DNA of 64,000 nucleotides from a virus (Duplodnaviria; Caudoviricetes): IMG/VR virus record IMGVR_UViG_2617271064_000003, positions 7,035 to 71,034 of that record; one strand, 5' to 3'. Shown piece by piece: positions 37,720 to 47,024 of this stretch (position 1 is its first letter; each line of letters starts with the position of its first letter). The notes under the pieces were generated by a model. It saw only the letters and a program-made list of their open reading frames with translations, ran no database searches and was not told where the DNA came from. The position numbers and the translations under genes were made by a program.

Positions 37720-38907
37720 TCAGACCGGGGGTTTGTAGCTCTGCCGCCTTAAATCCAAGTAATCGGCCCAATTCTGCATTAATGCAATGCGAGGCTTAAT
37801 ATAAAGAGCATGATTGTACGCAGAACTCACTTTGCCTCTTGATAGGTGTGCAAGCTGGGTCTCAATGTGTTCATGATCATATCCCTGCTCATGCAAAATA
37901 GTCGAAGCCACCCCACGAAAACCGTGCGAGGTCATTGAGTTCCGATAGCCCATACTTTTAAGAGCCATCAAAATGGCAGCTCGACTCATAGTAGTCTTGT
38001 GCCCTGCTCTACCGGGGAATAGATACTCTCCCCCATAAGTTATTTGCTTTAGCCGCTTGATAATTTCGATTGCCTGAGTAGAAAGAGGGACTATATGGGG
38101 AGACCCCATTTTCATACGTTCAGAAGGAATCACCCATCGAGCATTATCCAGATCAAACTCAGACCAGGTAGCCCCAAGCATTTCACCAACTCGAACGAAT
38201 GTCAGGGCGAGCATCCGCATAGCCAACCTGGTGACCTCGCTCGGGTAATGATCTATCGCATAAAGCAGTGCCGGAAGGCCCTTTTCGTCCACTCTCGCAT
38301 GATTCCGAGTTCTATGCTCCCGCAGAAAGTCACTTCCCTGCAGTTCGGAAACCGTGTTGCGGTCGGCTAGGTCATGAGCCACGGCGTACCGCATGATCTG
38401 ACCGCAGTATCCGAAGATTTTCCGCGATACGGTCGGCGCCCTGTCCTCAATGCGCTTTAGCATGTCTCGAAACGTTGAAGGCGGGATGTCGTTAACTGGC
38501 CGCCGGCCGATCTCCGGGAACACATCGTTTTCCAACCGACCCCAGACAATTTTGGCGAAATCGGCCTTCTTCTGAGGCGCCCAGTGTTCATGCCAAAGCT
38601 GCGCGGCCTGCTTGAAAGTAACAAAGGCCGGCGAACTCTCGTTTGTCTTACGTTTGGCAGCGACAGGATCGATCCCGTTCGCCAGAACCAAGCGAGCATC
38701 GCGATGGAGATTGCGAGCGGCCGCCAGGGACACCTCAGGATAGACCCCAAGCGCCATCAGTTTCTCTCTTCCACCGAACCGATATTTCCACCGCCAGTAG
38801 CGCCCGCCGGTAGGCGTAACAAGTAAGTATAGCCCTCGACCATCTGAAAGCTTACGGCGGGTGCCGTCAGCCTTGACGTGCCGAAGCTTGACGTCTGTAA
38901 GGTTCAT
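37720..38907 (-). CDS. int: P4-type tyrosine integrase of the satellite
   Basis: Arm-binding domain DGRGLYLLV...WRWKYRFGGREK..ALGVYPEVSL; R, K, HGFR, LAH, AY catalytic residues. Confidence 0.96.
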   Translation of the reverse strand: MNLTDVKLRHVKADGTRRKLSDGRGLYLLVTPTGGRYWRWKYRFGGREKLMALGVYPEVSLAAARNLHRDARLVLANGIDPVAAKRKTNESSPAFVTFKQAAQLWHEHWAPQKKADFAKIVWGRLENDVFPEIGRRPVNDIPPSTFRDMLKRIEDRAPTVSRKIFGYCGQIMRYAVAHDLADRNTVSELQGSDFLREHRTRNHARVDEKGLPALLYAIDHYPSEVTRLAMRMLALTFVRVGEMLGATWSEFDLDNARWVIPSERMKMGSPHIVPLSTQAIEIIKRLKQITYGGEYLFPGRAGHKTTMSRAAILMALKSMGYRNSMTSHGFRGVASTILHEQGYDHEHIETQLAHLSRGKVSSAYNHALYIKPRIALMQNWADYLDLRRQSYKPPV

Positions 38908-38944
38908 AGCTGTAAAGCTCTGTTTCGTATGGTAAGGGTGCTGT

Positions 38945-39008
38945 GTTGGGGGTACATGAGTTACATACAGGGAGATACCTTAAAGATACCCCCAAATGTA
39001 CCCCCAAA
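38945..39008. promoter_or_regulatory. Putative integrase arm-binding sites, right end
   Basis: TTGGGGGTAC plus tandem TACCCCCAA copies between int and att. Confidence 0.7.
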
Positions 39009-39138
39009 ATTTCAGCGCTTTAGGCGAACCATCTGAAACCTCGGGAAACCTAGATACTTTCAAATATCCCTGTAGATTCAGATAGTTAAGACAGTTTCCT
39101 ATGCCGCTTGGAACTGCTATGAACGCCGTTGAACCAAT

Positions 39139-39414
39139 CTACGAATTCTTTTTAGGGATGCAGAGCATCACCTCACGGATGAGGCGCTCACCGGTCTCGC
39201 TGTTGTAGCTTCCGAAGATTGCTCCAGCGAACGCCAACACCCATGGCGCGCATGCGGCCTCGATCGTCGGGCTTCCTGGGGCATCGACGATCTTCAGCCC
39301 TTTGAACACCTCAAGGCTTGCCTCGGCCTCTTCGGGAAATAACGGCTCGGGGATGATCGACTCACCCGCAGCAAGACACCTCCACCAATCCGGGCAGGCT
39401 GTTGTCCATTGCAT
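39139..39414 (-). CDS. terL: Large terminase, N-terminal fragment (91 aa; stops just inside the satellite)
   Basis: Directly follows terS; WTTACPDW start; ends LCIPKKNS-stop, overlapping the IPKKNS of the C-terminal part. Confidence 0.95.
   Translation of the reverse strand: MQWTTACPDWWRCLAAGESIIPEPLFPEEAEASLEVFKGLKIVDAPGSPTIEAACAPWVLAFAGAIFGSYNSETGERLIREVMLCIPKKNS
39146..39160. repeat. Satellite att core, right copy
   Basis: Identical to 25369-25383. Confidence 0.95.
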
Positions 39415-39417
39415 AGG

Positions 39418-39894
39418 TCAATTCTTCACTACAGAGAGGGGTGGCTTGCCTTGGGAGTACTTGCCTTTACCGACCTGTTTGGCAGCCTCGGCCTTCTGCT
39501 CTTTCTTGCCCTGGTCGGCGACCTTGCCGTGCACATAAGGCATCAGCGTCTTTGCCGCTTCCAGTCGCATACGCATGTCGGCGCCTTCGGCGTTCATTAG
39601 CTCAGTCAAGAAGGCGCGCGGATCGTCGGTCTCGGTTAGCGACAAGTCATCAGCCTGCTGAACCTGCGGCTGTTCAGCTTTAACTTTTCGAGACGGTTTA
39701 ACCTCGGCGCTGGAAGCCTGCTTTTGCTTCAACCGGCGTCCGACTTCAGCAAGGACATCGGGGTCCTTCGCAAGCTTGGAGCCCGCTTGCGACGCGGTCT
39801 TCTCCGAATATCCAGCAGCGATCGCTGCCTCGCGATTTGTGGCACCCGACAGCAAAGCGTCAACAAACCGCCGCTTCTTGTCGGTTAAAGCCAT
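39418..39894 (-). CDS. terS: Small terminase subunit
   Basis: LTDKKRRFV...AAIAAGYSEKTASQAGSKL HTH. Confidence 0.92.
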   Translation of the reverse strand: MALTDKKRRFVDALLSGATNREAAIAAGYSEKTASQAGSKLAKDPDVLAEVGRRLKQKQASSAEVKPSRKVKAEQPQVQQADDLSLTETDDPRAFLTELMNAEGADMRMRLEAAKTLMPYVHGKVADQGKKEQKAEAAKQVGKGKYSQGKPPLSVVKN

Positions 39895-39985
39895 GGTTAA
39901 CTTTTCCTGAAACGGGAAAAAATGTGTACGTGGGGTCGGTGGCGGTCTAGCTAGATGAGAATCGCTAGCTTTTGACCCCCCTACC
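39895..39985. other. Putative helper cos region
   Basis: Non-coding gap between HNH and terS, the usual cos position in HK97-like phages; duplicated in the satellite. Confidence 0.75.
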
Positions 39986-40052
39986 ACTTCCGCAGCACGT
40001 CACTGGCGTGCTTCTGTACCGCCGCGCTGGGTTTCGGCGATCCGCTGACATG

Positions 40053-40391
40053 TCAGCCACCCAGCCCCGCCGCCTCCTCGGCCTGCTTGACTGAGTCGTG
40101 GCAAGGCTTGCAGAGACTCTGCCAGTTGGTCTGATCCCAGAAGAGAACCATATCTCCACGGTGAGCAGCGATGTGGTCGACAACCCTGGCGGCAGTTGTG
40201 CGGCCGTTCCGCTCGCAGTAGACGCACAGCGGGTTGTCGCGCAGGTACCGCTCTCGGGCTTGCTGCCACTTGTAGCCATAGCCGCGTTGGGAGCTAGTCA
40301 TGCCGCTTCGCCAACTACCAGGTGAAACAACCTTCACCCGCGAGCCTGCACTCTCCTTGATGCGGGAGCCGAGCGTCTTGAGCCTAGCCAT
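40053..40391 (-). CDS. Terminase-associated HNH endonuclease (HK97 gp74-like)
   Basis: PLCVYC...VVDHI.AHRGD...NWQSLCKPCH. Confidence 0.93.
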   Translation of the reverse strand: MARLKTLGSRIKESAGSRVKVVSPGSWRSGMTSSQRGYGYKWQQARERYLRDNPLCVYCERNGRTTAARVVDHIAAHRGDMVLFWDQTNWQSLCKPCHDSVKQAEEAAGLGG

Positions 40392-40672
40392 CAGTCAACC
40401 CGAACGATCTTGGCCACGTTGCCCTTGGCCCGGCACACCAGAACGGCAGCCAACAGGTAGAACGCTGTGTTGAACCAGGAGGCATCGGAAAAGTCATCAT
40501 GCATTATCATCCGTCCGACGAGGCTGATGAACTGCATGCCCGTGACAGCACATGCAGCCCAGGCCATTAGGGATACACCCAGCTTGTAGCGGGCGTCCGG
40601 GTAAGGCCGGTAGCGCAGGCCGATCATCACGAATATGACCGCACACAGCGCAGCCTGGATAACGGCAACCAT
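40391..40672 (-). CDS. Phage holin family protein
   Basis: Three TM segments; RAKGNVAKI C-terminus. Confidence 0.75.
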   Translation of the reverse strand: MVAVIQAALCAVIFVMIGLRYRPYPDARYKLGVSLMAWAACAVTGMQFISLVGRMIMHDDFSDASWFNTAFYLLAAVLVCRAKGNVAKIVRVD

Positions 40673-41047
40673 TCAACCCTCCTTCCTAGCTCGCAGGCGA
40701 AAGACCCATTGCAGCCAGCTTGGCATGCGTCCGGTTTCCATCCACTCAAGCAAGCCGGAGAACGTGACCACACAGAGCACACCGCAGACAAAGGCGCTGA
40801 AGCCCGCAGTCTGGGTCCAGGCCCGACCCATCAGTTCAGCTGCACCGAAGTAGCCACCGATCCAGCCAGCCAGCAGGTAGCCGACGCGGCGCCAGGTGCT
40901 GATGTCCTTGGCGAACACCACATAAAAGAAGGCCCCGCCGAATGCGCCTACCAATGCAGCGAGATCCAGCTGGGGGAATGCAGCACCCAGGCCGACGCTG
41001 GCAAGTACGCCGGTCACTGCAAGGGCGCCGGTACCTGGCTCTGCCAT
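40673..41047 (-). CDS. Putative holin
   Basis: Multi-TM protein, first gene of the late operon. Confidence 0.75.
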   Translation of the reverse strand: MAEPGTGALAVTGVLASVGLGAAFPQLDLAALVGAFGGAFFYVVFAKDISTWRRVGYLLAGWIGGYFGAAELMGRAWTQTAGFSAFVCGVLCVVTFSGLLEWMETGRMPSWLQWVFRLRARKEG

Positions 41048-41049
41048 AG

Positions 41050-41661
41050 GTGATGCTCCATAAAGAAAAAGACCGGCTTCGTGATAATGTCCAAATCCCA
41101 TCATCATTAAGCCTTGAACAAATGAAGAAATGCTCTGAAACAAACAACTTTGCGCGGTGGCCCTTCGTGCCGGAGAAGCCGCGAGAAGATGGCGAACGTA
41201 ACAACGGCGCATTTGACCTTTTGGCCAATCCCGAACAGATCGATCTGATCCATGAGGCCACTGAAGATAACGGCCTTCGAGCATTAATCGCCCAGCTGAA
41301 CAGCTCAGATGGGCTGTTTATGACGCTTGGCTGCGCATCTGGACAAGAGGGAGACCTCTACTACTCATATCTGGAGCTGACTTTCCGTAACGCAGACGTT
41401 GCGAGAGATGAGCATTCAATCACCTCACTGGAAGACCAGTGGAAGGCCTGGGTAACGGAACACTGCCAAAAACAACCTGAGTTCGCGGCAGCTTTATTGG
41501 CCGCTGTAGCCTGGGAGTACCGCGAGTTTTCACTGAGGAAAGCAGAACCACAGTATCTGGTGACCGTCTATTCACGGGCAATAAATGCCGCAGATCACGC
41601 GCTACTTCTGACTTGGATCGAAGGCTTCTTCAGCTCTTACGAGAAGAACCAGTCACATTAA
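41050..41661 (+). CDS. Hypothetical moron between Q-like gene and holin (start uncertain)
   Basis: Opposite strand, followed by hairpin 41672-41698. Confidence 0.65.
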   Translation: MMLHKEKDRLRDNVQIPSSLSLEQMKKCSETNNFARWPFVPEKPREDGERNNGAFDLLANPEQIDLIHEATEDNGLRALIAQLNSSDGLFMTLGCASGQEGDLYYSYLELTFRNADVARDEHSITSLEDQWKAWVTEHCQKQPEFAAALLAAVAWEYREFSLRKAEPQYLVTVYSRAINAADHALLLTWIEGFFSSYEKNQSH

Positions 41662-41765
41662 CGGGACTAGCGAAAAACCCGGCTCAGTGGCCGGGTTTCT
41701 GAATGTTTTCGCCAAAGGCGAAATTATGACGATGGCAAAATAGTGCCAGAACACTCCTCAAAACG

Positions 41766-42449
41766 TCAAGCGGCTAATTCGCCATCCTCGTCCCAGTCTC
41801 GGATCCTCTCAACAGCCGCCGAAATTGGCTTCAGTGCCTGCCGGTCCAACTTGTCGATCTGCGAACCTAGTCGCCCCCAAATCTCCTGCCAATCACGAGC
41901 CCAGTTCTGAGGGTTCATCTTCTCCCCGGTTCGCTCCTCGACGAACAAGCAGACCGCTCCAGGGCCCATTCCCTCACGACCGGCCACCAGCAGTTTGTGG
42001 GACTGAAGCGCAGCCATTGCCATCCAGTAAGCACGCTGCTTTTTGCGGTCGGTCAGCGAGTCGAGCCCGCTGCCAAGCCAGACCAGGCCATGTGCGATGC
42101 TCAGGTCGTTCCCATTCGCGATTGGCGAATAGAGGAAGTTGCCGAAGTGCCGGAGACTTTTCGGCAGCGAGTCAATTGCGAGAAGGATCAGTCCAGCAGT
42201 GAGCATGTGAATACATTTGGACTCTGTCAGTCGGCGCCCGGATCGGGTCTCCTGAACATCCTCAGTGCGGACCTTGTAAACCTTAGCCACCTCTTTGCCG
42301 TCATGGTTCTCCAACATAACCATGATCTTGTTTTCTCCTGAGCCGAACTTTCTACCGATCACAGCCGCCTCAGCGGCGACTGCCAGAGCAGAAGGCCGGT
42401 CTTCGTGGAGTGCATCGTGCCAAGCCTGGCGAGCGCAAATTACCTTCAT
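41766..42449 (-). CDS. Probable late-gene regulator / antiterminator (Q position)
   Basis: Last early gene before the lysis/packaging operon; ARQAWHDAL N-terminus; call is mainly positional. Confidence 0.6.
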   Translation of the reverse strand: MKVICARQAWHDALHEDRPSALAVAAEAAVIGRKFGSGENKIMVMLENHDGKEVAKVYKVRTEDVQETRSGRRLTESKCIHMLTAGLILLAIDSLPKSLRHFGNFLYSPIANGNDLSIAHGLVWLGSGLDSLTDRKKQRAYWMAMAALQSHKLLVAGREGMGPGAVCLFVEERTGEKMNPQNWARDWQEIWGRLGSQIDKLDRQALKPISAAVERIRDWDEDGELAA

Positions 42450-42460
42450 GTCCTTCCCCC

Positions 42461-42775
42461 TCAATCCCCGGTGTAGTTGGTGCCGCCGGCGCCGCGCCGG
42501 TTGCTTCCCTGATATGTAGCCTCAGGCCCGGACGCCTGAGGGCTCTTCAACTGCTCGATCTGCCGGAGCGCCGCCCGAAGCCTCATGCTGAGCTGGGTCA
42601 CCAGTACATCCAGGGGCAGGGCCTCACCGGTTGCTGCTGCCACAAAGCCCGAGGCGTTGCAGTGGTCGCATGGCAGTTCGTGAAACAAACCCTTGGTGAC
42701 CGCTCTCCCACGGCACAAAGGGCACTTGTCCAGCTCGATCACGGCCTTCTTGAAGGCTGGGCCGTGCTTCTTCAT
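42461..42775 (-). CDS. Zn-finger hypothetical protein
   Basis: CPLCRG...CDHCNASG. Confidence 0.7.
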   Translation of the reverse strand: MKKHGPAFKKAVIELDKCPLCRGRAVTKGLFHELPCDHCNASGFVAAATGEALPLDVLVTQLSMRLRAALRQIEQLKSPQASGPEATYQGSNRRGAGGTNYTGD

Positions 42776-43044
42776 CAGCCGACCACCTTCAGCCCTTGGG
42801 CGCGCAGCGACTTTTCAGCCACCTCGTGGGCCCACTGCCCATCAGGGTCACCCATGATCAGTTCGAAAGGGTTTCTGATGCGCAGCGATTCGCGAGAGGC
42901 CTGCCAGATCAGGAAATAGATCGGGTAAGGGTGAATCAGCTGGCTCTCGCACCACGCAGCGAAGTGCGGATAGCCAGGATGGGCGGTGATTGACTGCTTG
43001 AGCACCGAAGGAAGGTCAGAGCGCACCTTGTCGCCGTTTTTCAT
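42775..43044 (-). CDS. Hypothetical protein
   Basis: Coupled ORF in the nin-like region. Confidence 0.6.
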   Translation of the reverse strand: MKNGDKVRSDLPSVLKQSITAHPGYPHFAAWCESQLIHPYPIYFLIWQASRESLRIRNPFELIMGDPDGQWAHEVAEKSLRAQGLKVVG

Positions 43045-44330
43045 TTCGAATCCTCGCTTATGGTGGATACCGGAAATCCGTCGAAACCCGCACGTTCTGC
43101 CGCCCGCGAGAGAATCCATGAATCCATTGATCTATCACCGGTCAAGCCGTGAACCGACTCGAAACCCTTCTGATCAAGGTGTGCGTGCCACTTCTCCAGC
43201 GCCTCACGCTTGCGGGCCATGACGTCGGACTGGATGTACACCTTCACGTTGTGGCCCATGGCATGGTTGATCAGTAGCTCGCCCACCAGGTGGTCAACAC
43301 CCAGGTCAGCCCAGCCGGTGCGGGCCAGCTTGCGTAGGTCGTGGCTGGTCCATTCGCCTTGGCCCATGACCGTGAACACAGCAGAGGCCTTCGCTTCACT
43401 CATAGGCTTGCCCTGTCGGCCCGGGAACAGGAACTGGCCGTCATATCCCTGGTTGCGCTGGATCTCGCGGTAAGCCATCAACAGGAAGCGCACCTGGTCG
43501 GTCAGTGGCAGTCGGTGCTGAACGCCGGTCTTGGTGTGCTCGGCAGGAATGAACCACTCCCGCTCGGCCAGGCTGATGTGGTTCCAGCGAGCCAGTCGGG
43601 TTTCACCCAGCCGGGTACCGTGGCACAGCATCATCAGGGCCAGTACGCCATGCTGCGGGAGGTTCGCCAGGGTGCTCTTCATGCGCGACATCAGGTCTTC
43701 CAGGTGCACACCGCGCAGCCGCGACGGCTTGACCGTGACCTTGACCTTCGAGAAGTCGCCAAAGCGAATGCCGGCCATGGGATTGGAGCTGAGCAGGCCG
43801 AGCTTGGTGGCCTGCCGGAAGGCCAGTGCCAGCAGCTGGAACACCAGGCGCACGTAGTCGATCGACAGCGACTCTTGCAGTGGCCACATCAGTTCGCGAT
43901 CGAGCAGCGCCTTGTCGATTTGGGCCAGCGGGATTTCGCCCAAGCGAGGCACCAGGTGCTGCTTGATAGCCGACGCCGCCGTGCTCTTGCGCTTGCCCGA
44001 CAGGTTGCGGTCACGGGACATGCGCGCAGCGAACCAGGACAGCAGCTCACCAGTCAGCACCCAGCTCGATAAGCTCGATCCTTCGCCAGCCTCCAGTCGC
44101 AGACGGATATCCGGCAGCGCTGCGGCCACCTTGGCGGCGCTCAGTTCTGGGTACGAGCCGATCAGGTTCCACTTACCCTTGTGGATCAGGTACCAGGACC
44201 CGCGCTCACGGGAACGGTGGAACCGAAAATACAGGCCGTGATTGCCCAGGGCACGCAGGTCGCGCACCTGGCCGGCGGCCTGCCGGCGAATCTCTGCATC
44301 GCTGATTTTCACAGCGGCGGTGTTGGTCAT
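43041..44330 (-). CDS. Internal tyrosine recombinase of the helper (nin-like region)
   Basis: GTR, TK, HDLR, NH and VY motifs; translationally coupled on both sides. Confidence 0.9.
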   Translation of the reverse strand: MTNTAAVKISDAEIRRQAAGQVRDLRALGNHGLYFRFHRSRERGSWYLIHKGKWNLIGSYPELSAAKVAAALPDIRLRLEAGEGSSLSSWVLTGELLSWFAARMSRDRNLSGKRKSTAASAIKQHLVPRLGEIPLAQIDKALLDRELMWPLQESLSIDYVRLVFQLLALAFRQATKLGLLSSNPMAGIRFGDFSKVKVTVKPSRLRGVHLEDLMSRMKSTLANLPQHGVLALMMLCHGTRLGETRLARWNHISLAEREWFIPAEHTKTGVQHRLPLTDQVRFLLMAYREIQRNQGYDGQFLFPGRQGKPMSEAKASAVFTVMGQGEWTSHDLRKLARTGWADLGVDHLVGELLINHAMGHNVKVYIQSDVMARKREALEKWHAHLDQKGFESVHGLTGDRSMDSWILSRAAERAGFDGFPVSTISEDSK

Positions 44331-44755
44331 GCTGCAACCTCCGTTTTAGGCAGGGCCAGGTACGCCCTCAGGCACTCCATGGCGTCGAAATACCCCTGAC
44401 ACACAACGGCCAGGTAGCCTTGGTCGTTCAGCCGGCGAATGCACGCTTGCTGGCTGGAGGAGACAGGCGCCGGGTCAACGGTCGCCTTGAATTCGATGTA
44501 CAGACCGAAGTACCCGCCTCGGGCCATGGTCAGCACCAGGTCGGGGATGCCGGCCTTCACGCCCTGGGCCTTGAGTCTCTGCGCCACGCCCTTGTGCCGG
44601 TGACCGCCGTTCGGGACGTGGTAGATCAGCTCGAACACCTCGGGATAGCGCAGCTGGATCTCTTCGAGCAGGGCAGCCTGTTCCTGCCCTTCCCTGTCCA
44701 CGGGCTTGGCTCGGGAAACCTTGGTCTTGTACGGGCGAAGGGCGGGAGCATTCAT
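44327..44755 (-). CDS. VRR-NUC nuclease
   Basis: HVPNGG...GVKAGIPDL...LYIEFK. Confidence 0.9.
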   Translation of the reverse strand: MNAPALRPYKTKVSRAKPVDREGQEQAALLEEIQLRYPEVFELIYHVPNGGHRHKGVAQRLKAQGVKAGIPDLVLTMARGGYFGLYIEFKATVDPAPVSSSQQACIRRLNDQGYLAVVCQGYFDAMECLRAYLALPKTEVAA

Positions 44756-45048
44756 GCGACCAGAACCCCCTCGCTGATCAGTTGAGCCTGCGTCCGCATC
44801 ACGCCTTCGGCGTGGCACTGGCGGGCAGTGCTACGGTCGATTTGCCGGCTACGGCCGTCACAGGCGTCATGGCAGGCGCTGCAGGCCCAAGCGCCCTGCA
44901 GGTCGTTCGGTTTGCGACCCACGCCGCAGGTGCCGGCCATGCGGTAGTGCGCCAGAACGGTGGTTTCCGGGTTGCCGTTGCACACGCCCGGGATGCGCAC
45001 TTGGCACTCCCGGCCACGGGCGGCCTTGGTCAGTTTTGTTTGGCGCAC
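44752..45048 (-). CDS. DUF1364/YbcO-like protein
   Basis: ARGRECQVRIPGVC...VLAHYR...ACSACHD. Confidence 0.88.
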   Translation of the reverse strand: MRQTKLTKAARGRECQVRIPGVCNGNPETTVLAHYRMAGTCGVGRKPNDLQGAWACSACHDACDGRSRQIDRSTARQCHAEGVMRTQAQLISEGVLVA

Positions 45049-45072
45049 AAGATCGCCTCCTTGCTGGTTTAT

Positions 45073-45759
45073 TTATCGGCGCCCCGCCAAGCGGGCACGC
45101 ATGGCGGCTAGGGCAGAGTTTCCGACTTGCGGGGTGCTGCGTGCGGCAACCTCTGCGGGAAGGGCTAGTGGCATCTTCTGCAGCGGCTCCCCAGCCATCA
45201 GCCGACGAACCGCAATGCTGTAGTTGCGCTCGAACAGCTTCGAACTGGCATCGGACGGCAGCTTGTTAAGGTTCTCGAAGCCGCATTCCTTGGCCGCGTG
45301 CCAGATCGCGTCGTGACTCCACTTGCCCCGGCCAGCCATCGCTGGATGGGCATTGCGAGTTGCTTCGCGGAAAGCGGCCGCCAAGGCCGGCAGACCGAGC
45401 ATCTCTGGTGACGGCTGGCACCACTGGATAAACTCACCGGGCGGCGGGATGAACGGCGCCCCCGACTGGCGGCAGCGCATCAGCCCAAACTGCAACTGCT
45501 CGGGCTTGCAGATTCCAGCCTCCAGAAACGCGGTAAGCCATTGCTGCTTGGACGCGTTGTAGGTGGCCTGGTCTGGCCAAGCCTGCTTCCAGGCGGTGCA
45601 GATCGAGCGCAGATCGCGGAACAGGTCGTTGATCACCTCCGCAGTCTTCCGATTGAGTTCGGCCTTCACGTCATCGGGCAGCTCATATCCAGTAGGGATG
45701 TGCTGGCCGGACTGGACCTTGGCCCATAGGCCATGAGTGACAACTGCGACTGGGTTCAT
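45073..45759 (-). CDS. Replication protein P-like
   Basis: PFIPPPGEFIQWC motif; follows the initiator gene. Confidence 0.85.
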   Translation of the reverse strand: MNPVAVVTHGLWAKVQSGQHIPTGYELPDDVKAELNRKTAEVINDLFRDLRSICTAWKQAWPDQATYNASKQQWLTAFLEAGICKPEQLQFGLMRCRQSGAPFIPPPGEFIQWCQPSPEMLGLPALAAAFREATRNAHPAMAGRGKWSHDAIWHAAKECGFENLNKLPSDASSKLFERNYSIAVRRLMAGEPLQKMPLALPAEVAARSTPQVGNSALAAMRARLAGRR

Positions 45760-46484
45760 TGGGCGCTTCCTTGCTCGATCCACGACGTATCGCTGTCGTC
45801 GAGCTGCTGGCCACCAGATCCTGCCCGCAGAGGAACGACCTTCGCAGCATTCGCAAGGTCGCGCTTTCTCCAGCCGACCAGATCGGCGATCCACTGACTC
45901 TCGGTCTTTGCCAGCCCCTTCGCGTCGTGATGGACGACAAAGCCCGAAATGGCCTTTTCCGAGAACTCCTCGACGGCTACCCCGGAGCGCTTGGCGTAAG
46001 CCTCAAGCTGAGCCTGGTCAGGGGTCCAATCGAGGAACATCGCGAACGGCTCGCGCGGAGAGTGTGTATTACTTCCCTTCCCTTCCCTTCCGGGGGTGAG
46101 GCCTCGATCACCGCTAGACGAGCCTTCGCCGACTTCTCGGCGAGAGCTCGGCGAAGGCTCAACGAATTCAGGGTGCTTTACGGTAGGTCTGTCGATCTTC
46201 TGGTGGTGCCATCCGTTGACGTGCAGATACTGCTTCGATGCCGCCTCGTAGATGGTAATGAGTCGGTTCGTTACCAGCTCAGTGAGAAGGCCTTCCACCG
46301 CAAGCGCAGTGATGTCGTCACCAGGGAAAACGAGAGCTTTGATGGTCTTCGGGGACATCGGATGGTTGCCTGCGTCGTCGCAGAAGTTCCAGATCCCGAT
46401 GAACAGGAGTCGAGCCATCGCCGAGCACTCCATGACCTGTTCACTGGTCCAGAACTCAGGCTTGATGGTGCGGATTCGAGCCAT
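45756..46484 (-). CDS. Replication initiator (O-like, DnaT-like C-terminal domain)
   Basis: MARIRTIKPEFW...ARLLFIGIWNFCDD. Confidence 0.85.
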   Translation of the reverse strand: MARIRTIKPEFWTSEQVMECSAMARLLFIGIWNFCDDAGNHPMSPKTIKALVFPGDDITALAVEGLLTELVTNRLITIYEAASKQYLHVNGWHHQKIDRPTVKHPEFVEPSPSSRREVGEGSSSGDRGLTPGREGKGSNTHSPREPFAMFLDWTPDQAQLEAYAKRSGVAVEEFSEKAISGFVVHHDAKGLAKTESQWIADLVGWRKRDLANAAKVVPLRAGSGGQQLDDSDTSWIEQGSAQ

Positions 46485-46729
46485 TACGAACGCCCTCCAT
46501 GACTGGCAGCCTGACGCGTCAGATTCGGCGAAATGCCAAAACCTGACGTGGAAAGCGTGGTATTGCCTGCATCGGCCATGCGGTGCATAATCGACCTCGA
46601 TGTTGTTTCAAGAAGACCGCCCTGCCAGGCGGTTTTTTTTCGTCCGCTGATTGGCTACTGGATGCCTGAACAGCTGGACCACCCCACTACTGGCGCAAGG
46701 CCAGGTCACGCATACTTCATCTCACAAGT

Positions 46730-46933
46730 TCATCCGGCGGCTTGCTCACTCCCCGGCACGTCTTGGCGTTTAGCGATCAGCAACCCGCCAGACTCCTTTT
46801 CGAGGACGCACTGCATGGGGTATGAAAATCCGCCGGATGTCCTGCATTGAGAAACCCGGCTTCCGCTGACACCCAGCGCGTCGCCGATGGCCTTCCCTGA
46901 CCCGAAAAACTTCAGGGCCTCGTCAAATGTCAT
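46730..46933 (-). CDS. cro: Cro-like repressor
   Basis: ALKFFGSGKAIGDALGVSGSRVSQ HTH; divergent from cI. Confidence 0.85.
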   Translation of the reverse strand: MTFDEALKFFGSGKAIGDALGVSGSRVSQCRTSGGFSYPMQCVLEKESGGLLIAKRQDVPGSEQAAG

Positions 46934-46959
46934 GGCTTTGCTCCTCCTGTTTGCGGCCA

Positions 46960-47024
46960 GTTTAGAAAGATTAACAACCTATGGCAAGTTATCTAAACAT
47001 CGAAATGTTTAGAATCCTAAACAT
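46960..47024. promoter_or_regulatory. OR-like operator cluster
   Basis: ATGTTTAG-aatc-CTAAACAT palindrome (47005-47024) plus degenerate copies; related TTGTTAAGTTTTCT pair at 48239-48290. Confidence 0.7.

Larger units (their letters stand above)
25369..39160 (-). mobile_element. Helper-embedded phage satellite (PICI-like), 13,777-bp unit, inserted in terL
   Basis: 15-bp direct repeats; int-alpA-primase-helicase-capsid-cos organisation; splits terL in frame. Confidence 0.95.

Noticed and set aside
25369-39160. A second full prophage or a capsid-forming PICI
   Set aside because: It has no portal, protease, terminase, head-tail adaptors, tail tube or lysis genes; only a capsid gene, a cos-like site and a gpI-like gene.
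43041-44330. This recombinase as the prophage integrase or a boundary marker
   Set aside because: It is translationally coupled inside the nin-like operon, I saw no flanking att repeats, and an int/xis pair sits at 62634-64000.
46658-46673. Additional LexA box CTGGATGCCTGAACAG
   Set aside because: It fits CTG-N10-CAG but the spacer is a poor match to consensus; not enough support.
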